Part shown: in pieces, positions 36,320 to 51,544 of the stretch
Numbering within the stretch: the stretch's first letter is position 1
Layout of the letters: every line of letters starts with the position of its first letter
Origin: the human T2T-CHM13v2.0 reference genome, Homo sapiens
Length of the DNA stretch: 64,000 nucleotides
Direction: 5' to 3' (one strand)
Assembly (NCBI RefSeq): GCF_009914755.1
Contig: NC_060926.1
The notes under the pieces: generated by a model
The model's input: only the letters and a program-made list of their open reading frames with translations
Databases searched by the model: none
Told to the model about the DNA's origin: nothing
Made by a program: the position numbers and the translations under genes

Positions 36320-37500
36320 CCATTTATTCATCCATTCAACAATTATTTGTTGAATGCCTACTGTGTGCCAGTCATACCAAGATACAGACAGTAAACAAAT
36401 AAGAAAATATATGTCAAATGGTGATAAGCATTTGTGTTAGTGTCCTAGTGCTGCAGTAATGGAGTTCCACAAACTGAGTGCCTTAAAGCAGTGGAAGTTT
36501 ATCCTTGCAGTTCTGGAGACTAAAGTCCAAAATCACAGGACTGCTTCCTTCTGAGAGGTATGGGGGAGAATCTGTTCAATGCTCTCTTGTAGCCTTTGGT
36601 GACAGCTGGCAATTCTTGCATCCCTTGACTTGTAGATCCATTACTGTAATCTCTCCTTCTCTCTTAACAGGGGAGTTCTTGTATGTCTGTATCCAAGTTT
36701 GCCTCTTCTTATAAGGATGTCAGTCCTATTGGATTAGGGCCTTTCCTAGTGACCTCATCTTAATTTGATCACACATCTGCAAGGACTCTCTTTCCAAGTA
36801 AGGTCACGTTGTGAGGTTTTGGTAAGGACAGGAATGTGGGGGCGGGGTGGGGATACTATTCAGCCCATGACAGCACTATAGAGAAAAGTTAAAGCAGGAT
36901 AGTGGGATAGGGAATGCTGGGTTGAGATGGGCTTATAATTTTATGTAGAGGATCAGGGAAGTCCTCACTGTTGAACTGAGAATTGAGGATAGTGAGAGAG
37001 AGAACCTAGTGGATATCTGGGAGGAGAGCTTTGCAGACAGAGGGAGCAGCATGTTCTTGAGAAGCTCAAGATGACTATGCTTGGCTAGAAGCATCAGGGA
37101 GGTCCGTGTGACTGGAGCAAAGAAAGTAGGAGCTGAGAAGTCAGAGAGCTGGCTGGGGTACATATCACATAAGGCCTCCTAGACCTTTTGCTTTTCTCTG
37201 AGTGAAATGTGAAACCATTGAAGAGTTTGAAGTAGCGAATGATCTGGTTTTATATTTCATACCATGTTGAGGAAAAGGGCAAGGTTGAGGTAGGCAGATG
37301 AGTTAGAAGGCTTCGGCGTTAATCCACGTGACCGGAGGTAGTAAGAAGAGGTCCGATTTTTGATCTGTTTTGAAAGTAGAATTGTCAAGTTTTGCTGATC
37401 ATTTGAATGTAGAGTGTGTGAGAGAGAAAAAGTTTAAAAATAACTCCCAAGATTTTTAGTCTGAGCAACTGGACGAATTGCCATTTGCTGAGAAGGAGAA
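36320..37500 (-). mobile_element. L2 element with a nested MLT1 LTR
   Basis: CATTCAACAATTATTTGTTGAATGCCTACTGTGTGCCA is the L2 3' end. Confidence 0.7.
36433..36872 (-). mobile_element. MLT1 solo LTR
   Basis: TG..CA ends, near-TSD GCATT/GCACT, CAGTTCTGGAGACTAAAGTCCAAAATCA motif. Confidence 0.8.
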
Positions 37501-37756
37501 GATGGTCATGCAGGTCTGGACTTCAGGAAAAAGGTCTGAGTTGTATGTATAAATCGTGGAGAAGGAGCCATAGAGACTTTAAGACATGAGACTGGAAGAG
37601 ATCCTTGAGTAACGGAGAGGCATGGGATCTAGGGCACAGGTGGAAGGGGTAACTTAGATAACACACAGACAGTTCAGCAAAGGCAATAGGATGGAAGGCA
37701 GACTATATGGGTGCAGATGCAGGTAGGTGACTACTTTGAAGAATAATTCGTGGAGG

Positions 37757-38044
37757 GGCCGGGTACAGTGGTTCACGCCTGTAATCCCAGCACTTTGGGA
37801 GGCCAAGGCGGGTGGATCACTTGAAGCCAGGAATTCAAGACCAGCCTAGCCAACATGGCAAAACCCCATCTCTACTAAAAATACAAAAATCAGTCGTGCA
37901 TGATGGCTTGGGCCTGTAGTCCCAGCTACTCAGGAGGCTGAGGCACAAGAATTGCTTGAACCTGGGAGGCGGGAGGTTGCAGTGAGCTGTGATCATGCCA
38001 GTGCACTCCAGCCTGGGCAACAGAGCAAGACTCTGTCTTAAAAA
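37757..38044 (+). mobile_element. AluS (sense member of an inverted pair)
   Basis: Full dimer. Confidence 0.93.
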
Positions 38045-38220
38045 GAATTCCTGGAGGAGGTTGGCATAACCTGGTCCATTATGGTAAAGGTGGATAGGAG
38101 AGGGCCCAAAGAAGGGCATTCTAAGGAAGGCAACCACCTAAGTGATGGCGTGTCCTGATGTTATTAATGGGACTTTCTCCAGAAATAAGCAGTGTTGTTA
38201 ACTGTTGTTTTGCCCCTTGA

Positions 38221-38526
<306 letters not shown>

Positions 38527-41443
38527 TGAGTTTCTTCATTGGCATTTCTGACAACTTTGTATCCATTTCTCTTCTGCTTTCTAATCATCTTCTAATTTAC
38601 TTCTCAGGTCTGTCTTTTCCTTTCCATCTTATCACTATCCGAATTCAGGCTTTCATTATTTTATCATTGGACAGTTCCAGCATCCTTCATTAATAACCTT
38701 CAAAGTTCTCCTTCATTCCTGCCCATATGTTTGTACAGATTTAAGTTCTTATAGCACAGATTTTATTCTGGGTCAGCCCTTATTAATTACTCCCATTCAG
38801 TCCCCCATTCAAGGCTTGCCACAATCTGGTCCCATTCTGCCACTCCCGACCCATTCTTATACAGATTCCCTCTGTGAACCTTGTATTCAAACCATGTTCC
38901 TGCTAATGCCCTTGCAGCATCGGCTTTCTAAAGCTGATTAACTCTTTTAAAAAAATGGCCATTCTTATCTTTACCCCCAAATCCTACTCTAAAGAGATGC
39001 TTGTGATTTGAGAACCGGTATATCTTTGGATCCCAATGCCGCCCGTAGTTTTATTGTAGTATGACTCATTAGATACTGCTGCTGCTTTACCATCAGTGAG
39101 ACAAAATGACCTCCATCTGGCTTTTTTGGTTTTCATTGCGACTTTAATAAAACAGTGCTTGGGAGTAATAAGAATTTGAATTTTTGAATTGTAGCAGATT
39201 TACTTCTCTGGTTCTTTGGATCAATTCCTAAGTCTTAGCCCCATCAAAGAAGAAGTGCAGAATCTAACGTGTCTGTATTTTGACCTCTAGAATACTGTAA
39301 AACTTTCTTCATAAAATTAGAAAGGATAGAGGGGGGAAAATGAAAAGAAAAAGAAGAATCTGAGAGGTCCCTAAGGAAAAATACCGTATAAACCAAGGCA
39401 TTATTTATCAGTTTTTAGAAGGAGTTATCACATAGAATGTGGTCTTTCTAAAATTTCTGGTACCTAATATTTCCTTTCAAAAAAGACTCAAATTCTTGAG
39501 GCATCCTAGAAGACTTGTGTGCTGCCTCCCCCTTGTCCACCCTCCCCAAAAGCACATTCAACAATGGCTGCCTGTTTCTCTCCTTGGTGAGGAGTCTGAC
39601 TCATCATTCACTCTGTCTTTTCAACTGATACCTGCGTTTCAGTTCCATTCAATTACCAACTTTTAATTGGATCCCATTGCCAGATTGATTTTGTGTTCCT
39701 GTTCCCTCTTGGCTGCACTGTTACTATGACTACTTGGTATCTTCTACTTACTTCCTATATTAGTTTGATGACATCTAGTCAGGTATGAAGCTAGATAGAT
39801 ACTATAAAATTGCTACAGTACCAATCACTATTATCTTACATTTTTCCTTTCCCCTACTGCTCATTTGGAATGGAATCAAGCATGGTGATAAGGTTCTTAA
39901 TTCTTCTCTATCAATTTTAGTAAGCATTGGCAAGTTTTAGAATTCTAGGACCTTGGAAAATTGTGGAGACCCTCTTCCTCTGCCCTCCCTAGTCTTCACC
40001 CCCCACCACAACACATTCTTTCAGGCATATGGCATATATATTTCCTAAAAAGCTGAAAGATATCATTTCCTCATTTAATTAGAAAGTCTTCCTTTAGTTT
40101 CTTTCTTATGTTAGCATAATGTCTCAATATTCTACTTTAAGTGTACTCCTTTGTAGAATTGGGGAAAATTAGTTACACTAGGCAGTGCATGTTCTTTGGT
40201 CTTTAGTTAACTGCTGTATGCCCTATAAATATTAATTGATGACCTTCAGGCTTTATGGGATATGTTTAGTGGTTTTTTAATGGTTAAACTGAATATTTTT
40301 AATAAAAAATTACAAGACCATAGAATGCCACAGAACCATTCCACTTACCAGGAAACTTAAAATTTGCCAGCTGACCTGGGAACAGATCTGGTCATATACC
40401 CAAGCTATTTAAGAAGAGGAATATTATTCATCAGAATAAAAATGTTATATCATAATGCTCTCTTACATAAAATGAGCTTACAGCCAGTGGGCTAACTGGA
40501 TATCATTTTTCTGGTTTCTTGTTAGCTCCCACTACCATATTTGTTACACAGAGTGAACTAAGGCCAAGAGACCTTCCATATCATTCTTCCTGTGGCTACA
40601 AACTAGGATTCACAGCTAGCTCAAATAAAAACAGAAATAAAAGGAGAGAGATCTCATAGTCTGCAAGAATGGATTCTGACAATAAAGACCTTGCATTTAC
40701 TCTGTTCCTTGTGCCTGGGGTTTTTAATTTAACACATCAATGAAAAGGCACCATTTAAAAAAGGGGGGAAACACCCAGCAGGACTTACTTTTATTAGTGC
40801 AATTTGTAAGAAATTACTGCACTTAATGAGAAAATCATTAAGCATGAAAAAATGGGCTCTGACTGAACTTGTGGAACTTAAATGGTGAGGTTTTAATTGA
40901 GTTTTTTAGTTATTGGTAAGAATAATAATAATAATTTAAAAATACAGGACTGCATCTGTGTGTTGAGGTGGTCAGCACTTTGCATATCTTAGTCCAATTT
41001 CCTGTGCCACTGGTCATGCATAATATTATGGCTGTGGTGTTCTCTCTGTCGTATCTACTGATTTTTCTGTTCTGAAAGGGAAGCAGGGAACTTCTTTTTT
41101 GTTAGATTGAGGAAGTTTGGGGCAAAGAGCTAGCAGAACAGTTTCTAGAAGGTGGAAGAACTGTAGGCTAAGGCAAAGAGCAGAGCTATGTCTGCTTCTC
41201 AGTCCAGCTGCTTAAAAAAGATGACAAATTTCAATGTCATTTTCAGGTTACTCAAGCTTATGCTTTTTTCCTAGTTCTCTGTTTCTTTTGTTGCCATCCA
41301 GTGATTTATTTTTCCTCAATAAGAATATTTCATTAAAGACCATGCAACTAGAAAACAAGAATACCAAGAGCAAAGAGCACTCTTCAGTCCGAACTCTTTT
41401 AGAAGTGGAAGCAGAAAGAAGGGTGTTTAAGAAATAAGTCAGC

Positions 41444-41445
<2 letters not shown>

Positions 41446-41475
<30 letters not shown>
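41446..41475. repeat. (TG)n microsatellite
   Basis: Read directly. Confidence 0.95.
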
Positions 41476-41476
<1 letters not shown>

Positions 41477-41891
41477 TTTAGAGAAAAAATATTTAAGATA
41501 CCTTCTTTTTGTACTTAAAATTTCATAAGTACGTTTGACTTCTGAGAGGACCAGAATGCCATGGGAAGTGCTCAGTTGCATCCAGTACCTGTTGTTTATT
41601 GTCATGGTCCACACGGTTGCATGTCACAACCGTGTTAGAACTGAAGGAAAGGAAATGTATGTAACTCTAAAGACGTTTCAAGTAGAAGTGAAAACAATAT
41701 TTTTTTACATAATTTGTTTTTTATAGAAATACAGCTTTTATCAAATGTCTGGGAGAAGCTTTAAATATGCTTTTGAACTTCTTCAGTAACTTTTAATTGA
41801 ATTTCATTGTATCCTACCTCACTAGAAAGAAAGAAACCTGCAAATTTTAGCTTCCCTTATAATTTAAATGATGCCTTGCTAATTTCTGTGT

Positions 41892-42181
41892 TTTTGAGAT
41901 GGAGTCTCACCCTGTCACCCAGGCTGGAGTGCAGTGGTGAGATCTTGGCCCACTGCAACTTCTGCCTCCCAGGCTCAGATGATTCTCCTGCCTCCGCCTC
42001 AGCCTCCTGAGTAGCTGGGATTACAGGCATATGCTACCACACCCAGCTAACTTTTGTATTTTTAGTAGACGGGGTTTCGCCATATTGGCCAGGCTGGTCT
42101 TGAACTCCTGACCTCAGGTGATCCGCCCGTCTCGGCCTCCCAAAGTGCTGTGATGACAGGCTTGAGCCGCTGGGCCCAGCC
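41892..42181 (-). mobile_element. AluS
   Basis: Dimer flanked by TGATGCCTTGC on both sides. Confidence 0.92.
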
Positions 42182-42257
42182 TGATGCCTTGCATTTCTGT
42201 CTCCTGGAAATATCCAATTCTTAAAAGAGGCCATCCCCTTGTGAGTTCATAACACAC

Positions 42258-42709
42258 TGTGCCCTTAGATCCCCTCCTCACCCTCCCTTCTTCTGTATGC
42301 CCTGCATCTGAGGGAGGTGTGGGCAGAGCTGGCTCTTGTAGGTTGCATTTCCCAGGCTCCTGTGTCTAAAGACTTCCTACTGGGTTCGGCATGAGAGATA
42401 CTGGTGGGAAGTAGGGAGGGAGAAACCGGTGTATCTCTTCTTCCCTTTCTATGTTGGGTAGCATCTTTGGTCCTCAGTGTCTTCAGCTCCCATAGGACAG
42501 ATCCCTGAACTCTATTTATACCCTTTTCTTTTTCCTGAGTACCAAGGGATGCTAAGGGTTTCTTGCTGTTACCAATCCCGGGGTTACAGCACCATTCTCA
42601 GTTGGCTTTAACACACTTCGTAACCTGCAAAACAATTTCCTGTCTTAAGTCTCCTGTGTTAAATATTTGGAGTGGTTTATATTCCTTGTGTTGGTCCCTG
42701 ACTGATACA
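42258..42709 (+). mobile_element. ERVL solo LTR (LTR33-like)
   Basis: TG...CTGACTGATACA, perfect 5-bp TSD CACAC, TGCATTTCCCAGGCTCC motif. Confidence 0.75.
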
Positions 42710-43064
42710 CACACCGCCTCTACCCACAATGGCCAATTTATATCCGATAGTAAAGAGGCATAAAGAAAGCCCGCTTTTGATACGTTTCTTAAATTGCCTC
42801 TGTTAAAACAGACTTTCTTATCAGGCAAATATCTTTTATAAGTTTCTGGCTTAAACAATGATTATAATTTACAGGTGGATTTAATTTATGGTAGACTGGA
42901 CTGCTTGCCTAGACTTTTATTTGCTGATGGGCATTACTCCTTTTTATTCTCTTAATAATGAATTACCTGACCTTATACTTATTTTGATTTAAGTGCTTGA
43001 TTTTTATTGTCACTTTTAATTTTGTGTTATAAAGATGCAATTGTCATTGGCTACATAAATTTGT

Positions 43065-43325
43065 TTTTTTCTTTTCTTTTTCTTTTTTTTTTTTGAGATG
43101 GAATCTCACTCTGTTGCCCAGGTTGGAGTGCAGTGGCATGATCTCGGCTCACTGCACCCTCCACCTCCTGGGTTCAAGTGGTTTCTGGCTAATTTTTGTA
43201 TTTTTAGTAGAGACAGGGTTTCACAATGTTGGCCAGGCTGGTCTCGAACTCCTGACCTCAAGTGATCCGTCCTCCTTGGCCTCCCAAAGTGCTAGGGTTA
43301 CAGGCGTGAGCCATTGCGACTGGCC
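43065..43325 (-). mobile_element. Alu with internal deletion
   Basis: CATAAATTTGTT TSD. Lacks the CCTGCCTCAGCC...CACCAC segment. Confidence 0.9.
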
Positions 43326-44864
43326 ATAAATTTGTTCTTAACATTTAAAATTTATTTAACTGCTGACATTTGCAAAATGTACAGCATTTCAATAAGTAAC
43401 ATTTACATGAGGCATTGAGAAAGTGAGAAGAATTAAATTGGGAAATATCCTAAATGATGGCTGAGTTCAGCCAAATCATTTGAGGTGTCTTCACAGTCTT
43501 TTATATATAATGTGTGACAGATGAGGGAACCTACTGCTTTTTGGGCTCTGTCAGATGGAGGAGAAAATCCCACAATAAATGACTTCCTTTCACTTTGTTG
43601 GAAACATCTTTGCAAAGAACAGAGGTAGTGAGTAAATGTAAAGTCAGAGGCAGACATGCACATGGCCCTGGGTGTTTTGACCTTGGTGACTGTGCAATGA
43701 GAGGGGAGGTGTAGTCCATTTTATAGGACTTTGGGTGGTGTTGAATGTATTCAGTAGAGAAGCAGAATGTGTATTTCAGATTAAACAAGAAAACTTCGCC
43801 ATTTTCCTCTTCTGTAACATTTCTAAATCTGGATAACATTTTGAATATGATACTGAAGTATTGTATTGAGATTAATTTTGGGTGTCAACATCTGTACTCA
43901 TTTAAGATACTGGGTTAGTATATGATGCCCATATCTAAAGGTTTTGCATTTTCTAAAACCTCAAAATCCAAAACAGACATTTGAAGTAATCCTGGAAATA
44001 AATGACAGCCATTTGCCTGACTTAGTATCCTAAGATGGATGGCCCTTCCAATGGCCATTTTTTATTTTAGCTACTAATGAGTATTATTGAGTCACTAACT
44101 AATTTCGAAAAGCATTTTGGTGAATTATAATTGGGGCTGTGATTTACTGAGTTTGAAGACTGATAAGCCATTCCTCAGCCCTGTAATTAATGTAGAAGCA
44201 GAGAAAAGCACCCTGATGATCAGCATTTCCTTTATGTGGGGCAGGGGAGTCAAAAGCATATTCCAGCCAAATATTATAGAATATTATTTTTTCAGCCATT
44301 TCTGCATTTTACTTTTATTAAAAATGGCAGGGAAATGTGAAGTGCCACAAAACTTTGGAAAGGAAGTCTCTTGTTTACATCCCTTTTGATACTCAGTATA
44401 TTCAAGCGTCATCCATCACAGCTATTCCCTGGTGTTAAATGGTTCGTTATAGTCAGTGAACCACAAAAGTAGTCTGGGTAGAGGGACAGAATTTAGAATC
44501 ATGGACCAGATTTACAAGCCACGTAACTGAGTATTCCTAGAAGGCCAAAATCTGGTTGTTTGTATTCTTTGGGTTTATTGGAAGTTTGGATATGTTTATC
44601 CATCTGTGTTTCTGAACCCTCTGGAGGAAAGAGCACAACAGTCTAACATGTAAATAAGAAAAACTAAATCCACATAGGCCCACAGATACATTAGGACTTC
44701 ATTTTTTTTTTTACAAAGAAACTGGGTATTGAGACTCCTGCTACTTCCTTTTACAAAGAATTTATGGTAGACTGGACTGCCTTCTTTCCTGTATCGTTGC
44801 AAATGGATTGTTGGCTTGGGTATTTATTTTTGTTTCTTTTGAATATTTTTCTCTGTAAGATAGC

Positions 44865-44867
<3 letters not shown>

Positions 44868-44923
<56 letters not shown>
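44868..44923. repeat. (TG)~28 microsatellite
   Basis: Read directly. Confidence 0.95.
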
Positions 44924-44925
<2 letters not shown>

Positions 44926-45188
44926 CTATCATATTTCAGGATAAAATGAGTCAGGAAGCTGGTTGTTTTGGTTTTTTGTTTTGCTTTGTTTTTTCGCAAA
45001 GCAATTTAGTACCTGTGTAGTTGTTTCATGGGCTCCCAGCTCTTAGGATTCCCTACGTTTCTATCCTTAATTGCCTATGCTCTTTTTACTCTTTTCCGTG
45101 TAGTCTTTATGCAGTAGTTTGGACACAGCAGACAACTCTTTCCTTTAAATAATCTCTTCTCTTAGTATCTGTGATGCCATGAACTCCT

Positions 45189-45257
<69 letters not shown>

Positions 45258-45290
45258 CCCGTCTCCCTGTCTCTCCCTCTCTCTCTCTCT
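45189..45290. repeat. Compound (CA)n(CT)n microsatellite
   Basis: Read directly. Confidence 0.95.
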
Positions 45291-47594
45291 GACTAATCCT
45301 TCTTAGCCTCCTTCTTCAGCTCCCTTTCCACTATCCAACCGCTAAAATTTCTTCTTTCTTCTACACTTTCTAAGGAGCCACGCTGTACCCCTACCTCAGG
45401 ACTCTCACACACACTTTCTCTTCTTGGAACTCCCTTTCCTCCAGCCATTTGCTGTCTAATCCTCACTCTTTTTTCTTCCCCTATTTCTGTCCATGTATGA
45501 GGCCATTTGCTTTTCTCCAAACACAGCTTGTGCTTTCTTCTTCATACTTAGGCTAATTGTGTTTCCTGCTGTGTAATTGCCAAATTCTGTTTTTCATTGC
45601 CTAGCTAAAAAGCCATGTTGATTTGTGAAGCTTTCTGTAATCACCAAAGATTTTTTAAAAATTCAAACCAATTAATATATTTCCTTAAAACTCATAGCCC
45701 TCTTCACATTATTTCCCAGTGTTAATTTTATGTATATGCATTATATTCCCTATTCAACTGCAAACTCCTCAAAGGCAAGGGCCTTGTCTTCAACTTAATT
45801 CTGTCTCCCACAGAACATAACATAGTATCTTCTACATAGTAGTTGCACAATAAGTATATACTATCAAACAAAGAGAAACATTTATATTATAGCTTCCTAA
45901 GATTTCCTATTCTCATTTCAAAAGAAATGGAGAATTTAGAGTCTCTAGGATTATTGCCCTTGGCCTGTAAAGGTTTTTATTTGTGCCCAAATATGTAACC
46001 TCGAGTGAACTTTGTATCAGATGATCTGGGAAAGTACACCGCTTTCTGTTATCAAACATTTCTGTTACTTTGCTTTTCAAGCTGAAAAGGGGAGATAACT
46101 TCTGTTTGCTTTGAGCTTTTGTTGATGGTTTTCTGCTCTGCCTACTAATCAGGGTTGTATTATTTACCTTGTTTAAAAAGGTTCATCTGAACATTCTCTC
46201 TCTATTTTGAATTGTAATTGGATATTAATTCACTGCTGCGGGATACGTTGGTAAAGATTTTTGAAATTGCAGGGAAATGTTTCTTTAATCCCTCAAGTTT
46301 GTTAAGTGCTTTCTTATAATGGAGATCATAATCTCCGAGTTGGTAGAAGGGATGAAACGGTTACTGGGGATATTTTTCCCTTGTTAGAAAATTGCTGTAT
46401 TAAAAAATACTTCATCCAGTTTTTTAATCCTTTCCACATGCTGTATGGTCCTTAGGAAATAAGTAGATTCTTAGCACCGATTTCATGTTTTTAATAAGGA
46501 AGGCATTGAGTAATGTTCAGGTCACTGTGATTCACAGAGTTAGTGGCCTGGGGCCTTTATTGGTAAAGCTTGAAAGTAGTTTTCTTTAGCATTGTGCATA
46601 CACAGGTAGCTGCTAGAATGCTCACAGGAGGCTGTGATTTGGGGAAACAGGCAGTCATAGAATATCTTGAACATTCAGCATAAATTGCCAAACAGCCACA
46701 GCTAGTGAATGGTTTCAGGGGACAAGGGAGAGGAGCCTTTAGGCATGATTACCCACATCTCCCTGATTTGTTCTTCCACACACAGATCTTAAGGGTCAGT
46801 TTTGATCTGCACAGCATTAAGTTTCCTCATGACTTTTAGATTTCCTTTTTCCTCTGCTTTTTATTCATACTGAAGAATTTTTTGTTTCTTTGTAAGGTGT
46901 AATCTACTTTGGAAATGATAACACTATGAATGCATTTTCTCTTTCTGTAGCATTTATGACATTGCTTGCTGACAGTTACTGTTTATTAAGTATTTGTGGC
47001 TTTTGGAGTAGTGAGCAATAGGGAGAATATTCAGGTCCAGCTAAGGGCATAAGGTAGATAGCAATGATTTCTCATTCGAAAGGGATATTTTGTTAAGACT
47101 AGGGCTGATCTTTTCTAATTTAACCTTGGATTGGTAGAAGATGGGGTGTCCCTGGCTCATTATTTTTCACTGCCCAGCACTGTTCGACAATTATCCTGAG
47201 TAGAATTAGGGGAGGGACTAGAGGATCTGTTTTCTGTGAATACAATAGGAAAGGCAGTTTTGAATTATCCAAATGGCCCCTAAATTCTGGGGGAAAATAA
47301 AATAACAACAACAGCAGTTTTAAAAATAACTACAACCTAGGTTCTGACATCCCAAAAAGGAATATTTCAACTATAATTCTCAGCATTTTAGAAATTAATT
47401 TCTTGACAAATATCAATAGGTATCATTCAGACTTTGCAAATACAGAGTTTTGAAATCAGAATTTTGCATCTCATCTCTCCCCTAAAAGAAGTATGGCAAT
47501 TGTGCTTGCTGACCATGAGGCTTGTGAACTATAATACATACTTATAGGCACAAACACAGAAGCATACCCTCTCTCAGGCATCACTCAAATCTAA

Positions 47595-47741
<147 letters not shown>

Positions 47742-48728
47742 TAGCATCTCTTTTCTTCCTAAACAGTTGGCGACTATCACAGGGAAAGAGGCATACAGCA
47801 TCCTGGAAATGAGTCTGGGCCGTGGAAATTATCATTCTCAATGTGAATAGCAGTGTATGCCAGTGGAGCTAAAAATGACTTAAATTCATGTTACTATCAC
47901 TGTCATTTCTGAGATGGGATAAAGATGAGTAGGTAGGGTGTTTTATCCCTGAAAGTTGGCTTTTTATTGTACTGAAGACCTGGCCTTTGCTTTCTGTTCC
48001 TATTTAGGGAACCAAGGAAATTTCCATTATAACCTCTGGTGGCCCACTCACTATTGTAAAGGATGGGCTATTTTAGGGAAATGGATGGGAAATATATATT
48101 GGTATAATTATTGAGAAAGATTTTATGAAGACAGGAGTAGGGATCTAAATGTCAGAAAAAAAAGAACACTGACAATAAGTTCCTCCCATGCCTTTTGTGT
48201 GGGTTTTGTCTGTTTGATTGTTTTATTAGGAATTCTTAGAAAATATTTCTAAAACTTTTCCAAATTATGTATAGGCTTTTATATCTCTAGGTAAGAAGTG
48301 AGCAAGTTTAAATTAGAAAGCATATTTTTTAAGTGGGCACAGTTGTAGTATATGTTCTTGTGTGGGTGCTTATTAAATACTTGGCGAACGTATGAATGAA
48401 TTAATGCTTAAATAATTTAGGTGCTTACAAAGAGTGACAAGAAAATGGAAAAATCATTAAAATTAGATTCAATAACAGATTCAGAAGTAGATAACCTGAA
48501 TACTCTTAGATAAAAGACAAATTTTAGAAAAGTAGAGTCAGGACAAGACTGCAGATGATTCAGTTGGATGGAGAAAGATTTGGTTCAATGGAAAGAGATA
48601 GTAAAAGTGTATTGCTTTTTTAAAGCACTACCCAGGCTAGGTGGAGTGTCTTATAACACCTCTGTGCATGGTTGCCACCCAGTGTCCTTAAAAATACTAG
48701 GTCACATTATATCTCTTAAAAAAAATAA

Positions 48729-49133
<405 letters not shown>

Positions 49134-49303
49134 TTAAGTTTTATGGAACAATTAGGAAAATGAGAATACTGGCTAGTTATTTGGTTCTATTAAGAAGTTA
49201 CTAATTTTTTATGTGGTGTTAATGGCATGTGAGTGTTTGTTTTAAAAGACTATATTTTCTATATTTCATACAAGAATATTCATAAATGAAATAATTTGAC
49301 TGA

Positions 49304-49688
<385 letters not shown>

Positions 49689-50033
49689 TGAGTTGATAAT
49701 TATTGAAGCTGGGTTATGAGTGTGCGAGCACTCACTAAATTGTTCTCTGTTTTTGTTTGGGATTTTCTACATTAAATGTTAAAAACAAAGGGCTAGGCCA
49801 CCGCAGAAAAACTGACTCTGGGAAGCTCTGTGCCTTCCACAGATGGAAGGATTTCTGGTCCCCAGTGAACACACCTCAGTTTGGAATGCCAGCTTCCCAT
49901 GTACCAAAGAAGAACATTTTATTTTTTTGTAATAAATAAGGTGATTCAGACCAAACTTTGTTTGGTCTGGGGTGAATTTGTTTTTGTGTTTGCTCTGACT
50001 TGCTGCCTCCTCTACCCCAACTTGCTACCACAG

Positions 50034-50130
50034 TTTTCAGAAGAGCAGCGCTTTAACAACTTCCTGAAAGCCCTTCAAGAGAAAGTGGAAATTAAACAAT
50101 TAAATCATTTCTGGGAAATTGTTGTCCAGG
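50034..50130 (+). CDS. XRCC5: XRCC5 exon 18 (97 nt), [32 protein letters not shown]
   Basis: ccacag|TTTTCA ... CCAGG|gtaagt. The peptide is visible inside ORF 49881..50171. Confidence 0.98.
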
Positions 50131-51544
50131 GTAAGTTGTCATTTGCCTTTTTTTTTAAAAAGTATTTTTAAAATACTTATGCTATTTTATTCTAAATATA
50201 CATATAAATTCTAAATATAAACTGTATTGTATAATGAGTTATGTGGGAAACATGATGACTTTCTACATGGCTTTGGGAAATGCTCAGTGTTCGGTGAACT
50301 CAAACTCTCCCTTAATAAGCATAAATACAGAGTGATAAATAATAAATAAACATGTAAGTTCCATCTTAGACTCTTTACGCAGCATGACCTATTTCATGGC
50401 TGTGCCTTTCTGTTTGTTGAATGGAGCAGCTGTGTGGGCGAACATTGTCCCCTTTCTCAGATCCTTAGGCCATTTCAGTCCTGCTGGTTCCACAGCCCTT
50501 TGGTTGACCTCACCCAGATTTTATCTCCCTGCTACTTTTCATTTACCATGTTCTTGGACTTTCCGTTTCAACAGACCAGCATCTTCATGTACCAAAACCA
50601 TTCAGTTCTTCACTTGCACAGCAACCAATGCAAGTTAAACCCAGAAAGAAGACAGCACACATTCTTTCAGTGTTAGGCTTGATCTTTGCTTTTTTTCATG
50701 CCCTTTGCCCCACCTTTTTTAAAACATGACCTGATTTTCTTTTAGAACCCAAGTATAAGATATTACTTGTTTAAAATACATATTATGAAAATGATTATGT
50801 TTATGAGATAAACTTTTCACTTATACTAGAGATGCAAAATTTGTTTCAATCTCTTTCTGTGCGAATTCTATATAAAAAGAATTGCATACCTATCTATCCG
50901 CCTTCTAATGGGCAACTCTTCATCACACAGGTAACTGTTTTCCTGACAGTTAATTTTTCAGCCCTTTAACTTCTGCACTGGAGAACAAAAGGAATTGGAA
51001 TGGGTAGTGAAGGGGGCTTACTCAAATCACTTTTGTGTCTCTGCTGTTGACCCCGTAAATGAAGGAGATTGGTTTTGGTATTTATTGAATGCCTATAGCG
51101 TATTATTTGCTGAAAAGAAACTTACAGGTCATATGCAAAATCCATATTTTCTGATAGCTTATATGCCACTGAGAGAATACAGATGACCAAGGCCATTCAT
51201 AGGTACACATGGGTGTTAAATACATGTGCTTTTTGAACAGTTTATCAGGTATCAGCCATTTGATGTAGGAAAATAGGAAGAAGAGCAAACTAAAGAGTAG
51301 ATTTTCTACCCTTGATTTGCTCTTACTGAGCTAAAATTGATTAACTGTCCTAAATGATAGACATGCCCCTTGGTGAAGACCATGTTTTCTTCCTCCCTAG
51401 TCCTCTGGCCACTCTATCAATAGCCAGTAACATGGCCACAAGACAAAATGCATGGCGTAGTTCCATATTGGGCACCGGATGTCTTGGACAAAAGCATACA
51501 GTCATTTAATTATCATTTATTTATTGAGCTTCTGCTATGTTCTA

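Noticed and set aside
50031-50045. Competing AG acceptors at the start of exon 18 (CAG TTTTCAG AAG AG)
   Set aside because: Nearby AGs are common, and the first AG gives the known protein. No evidence the others are used.
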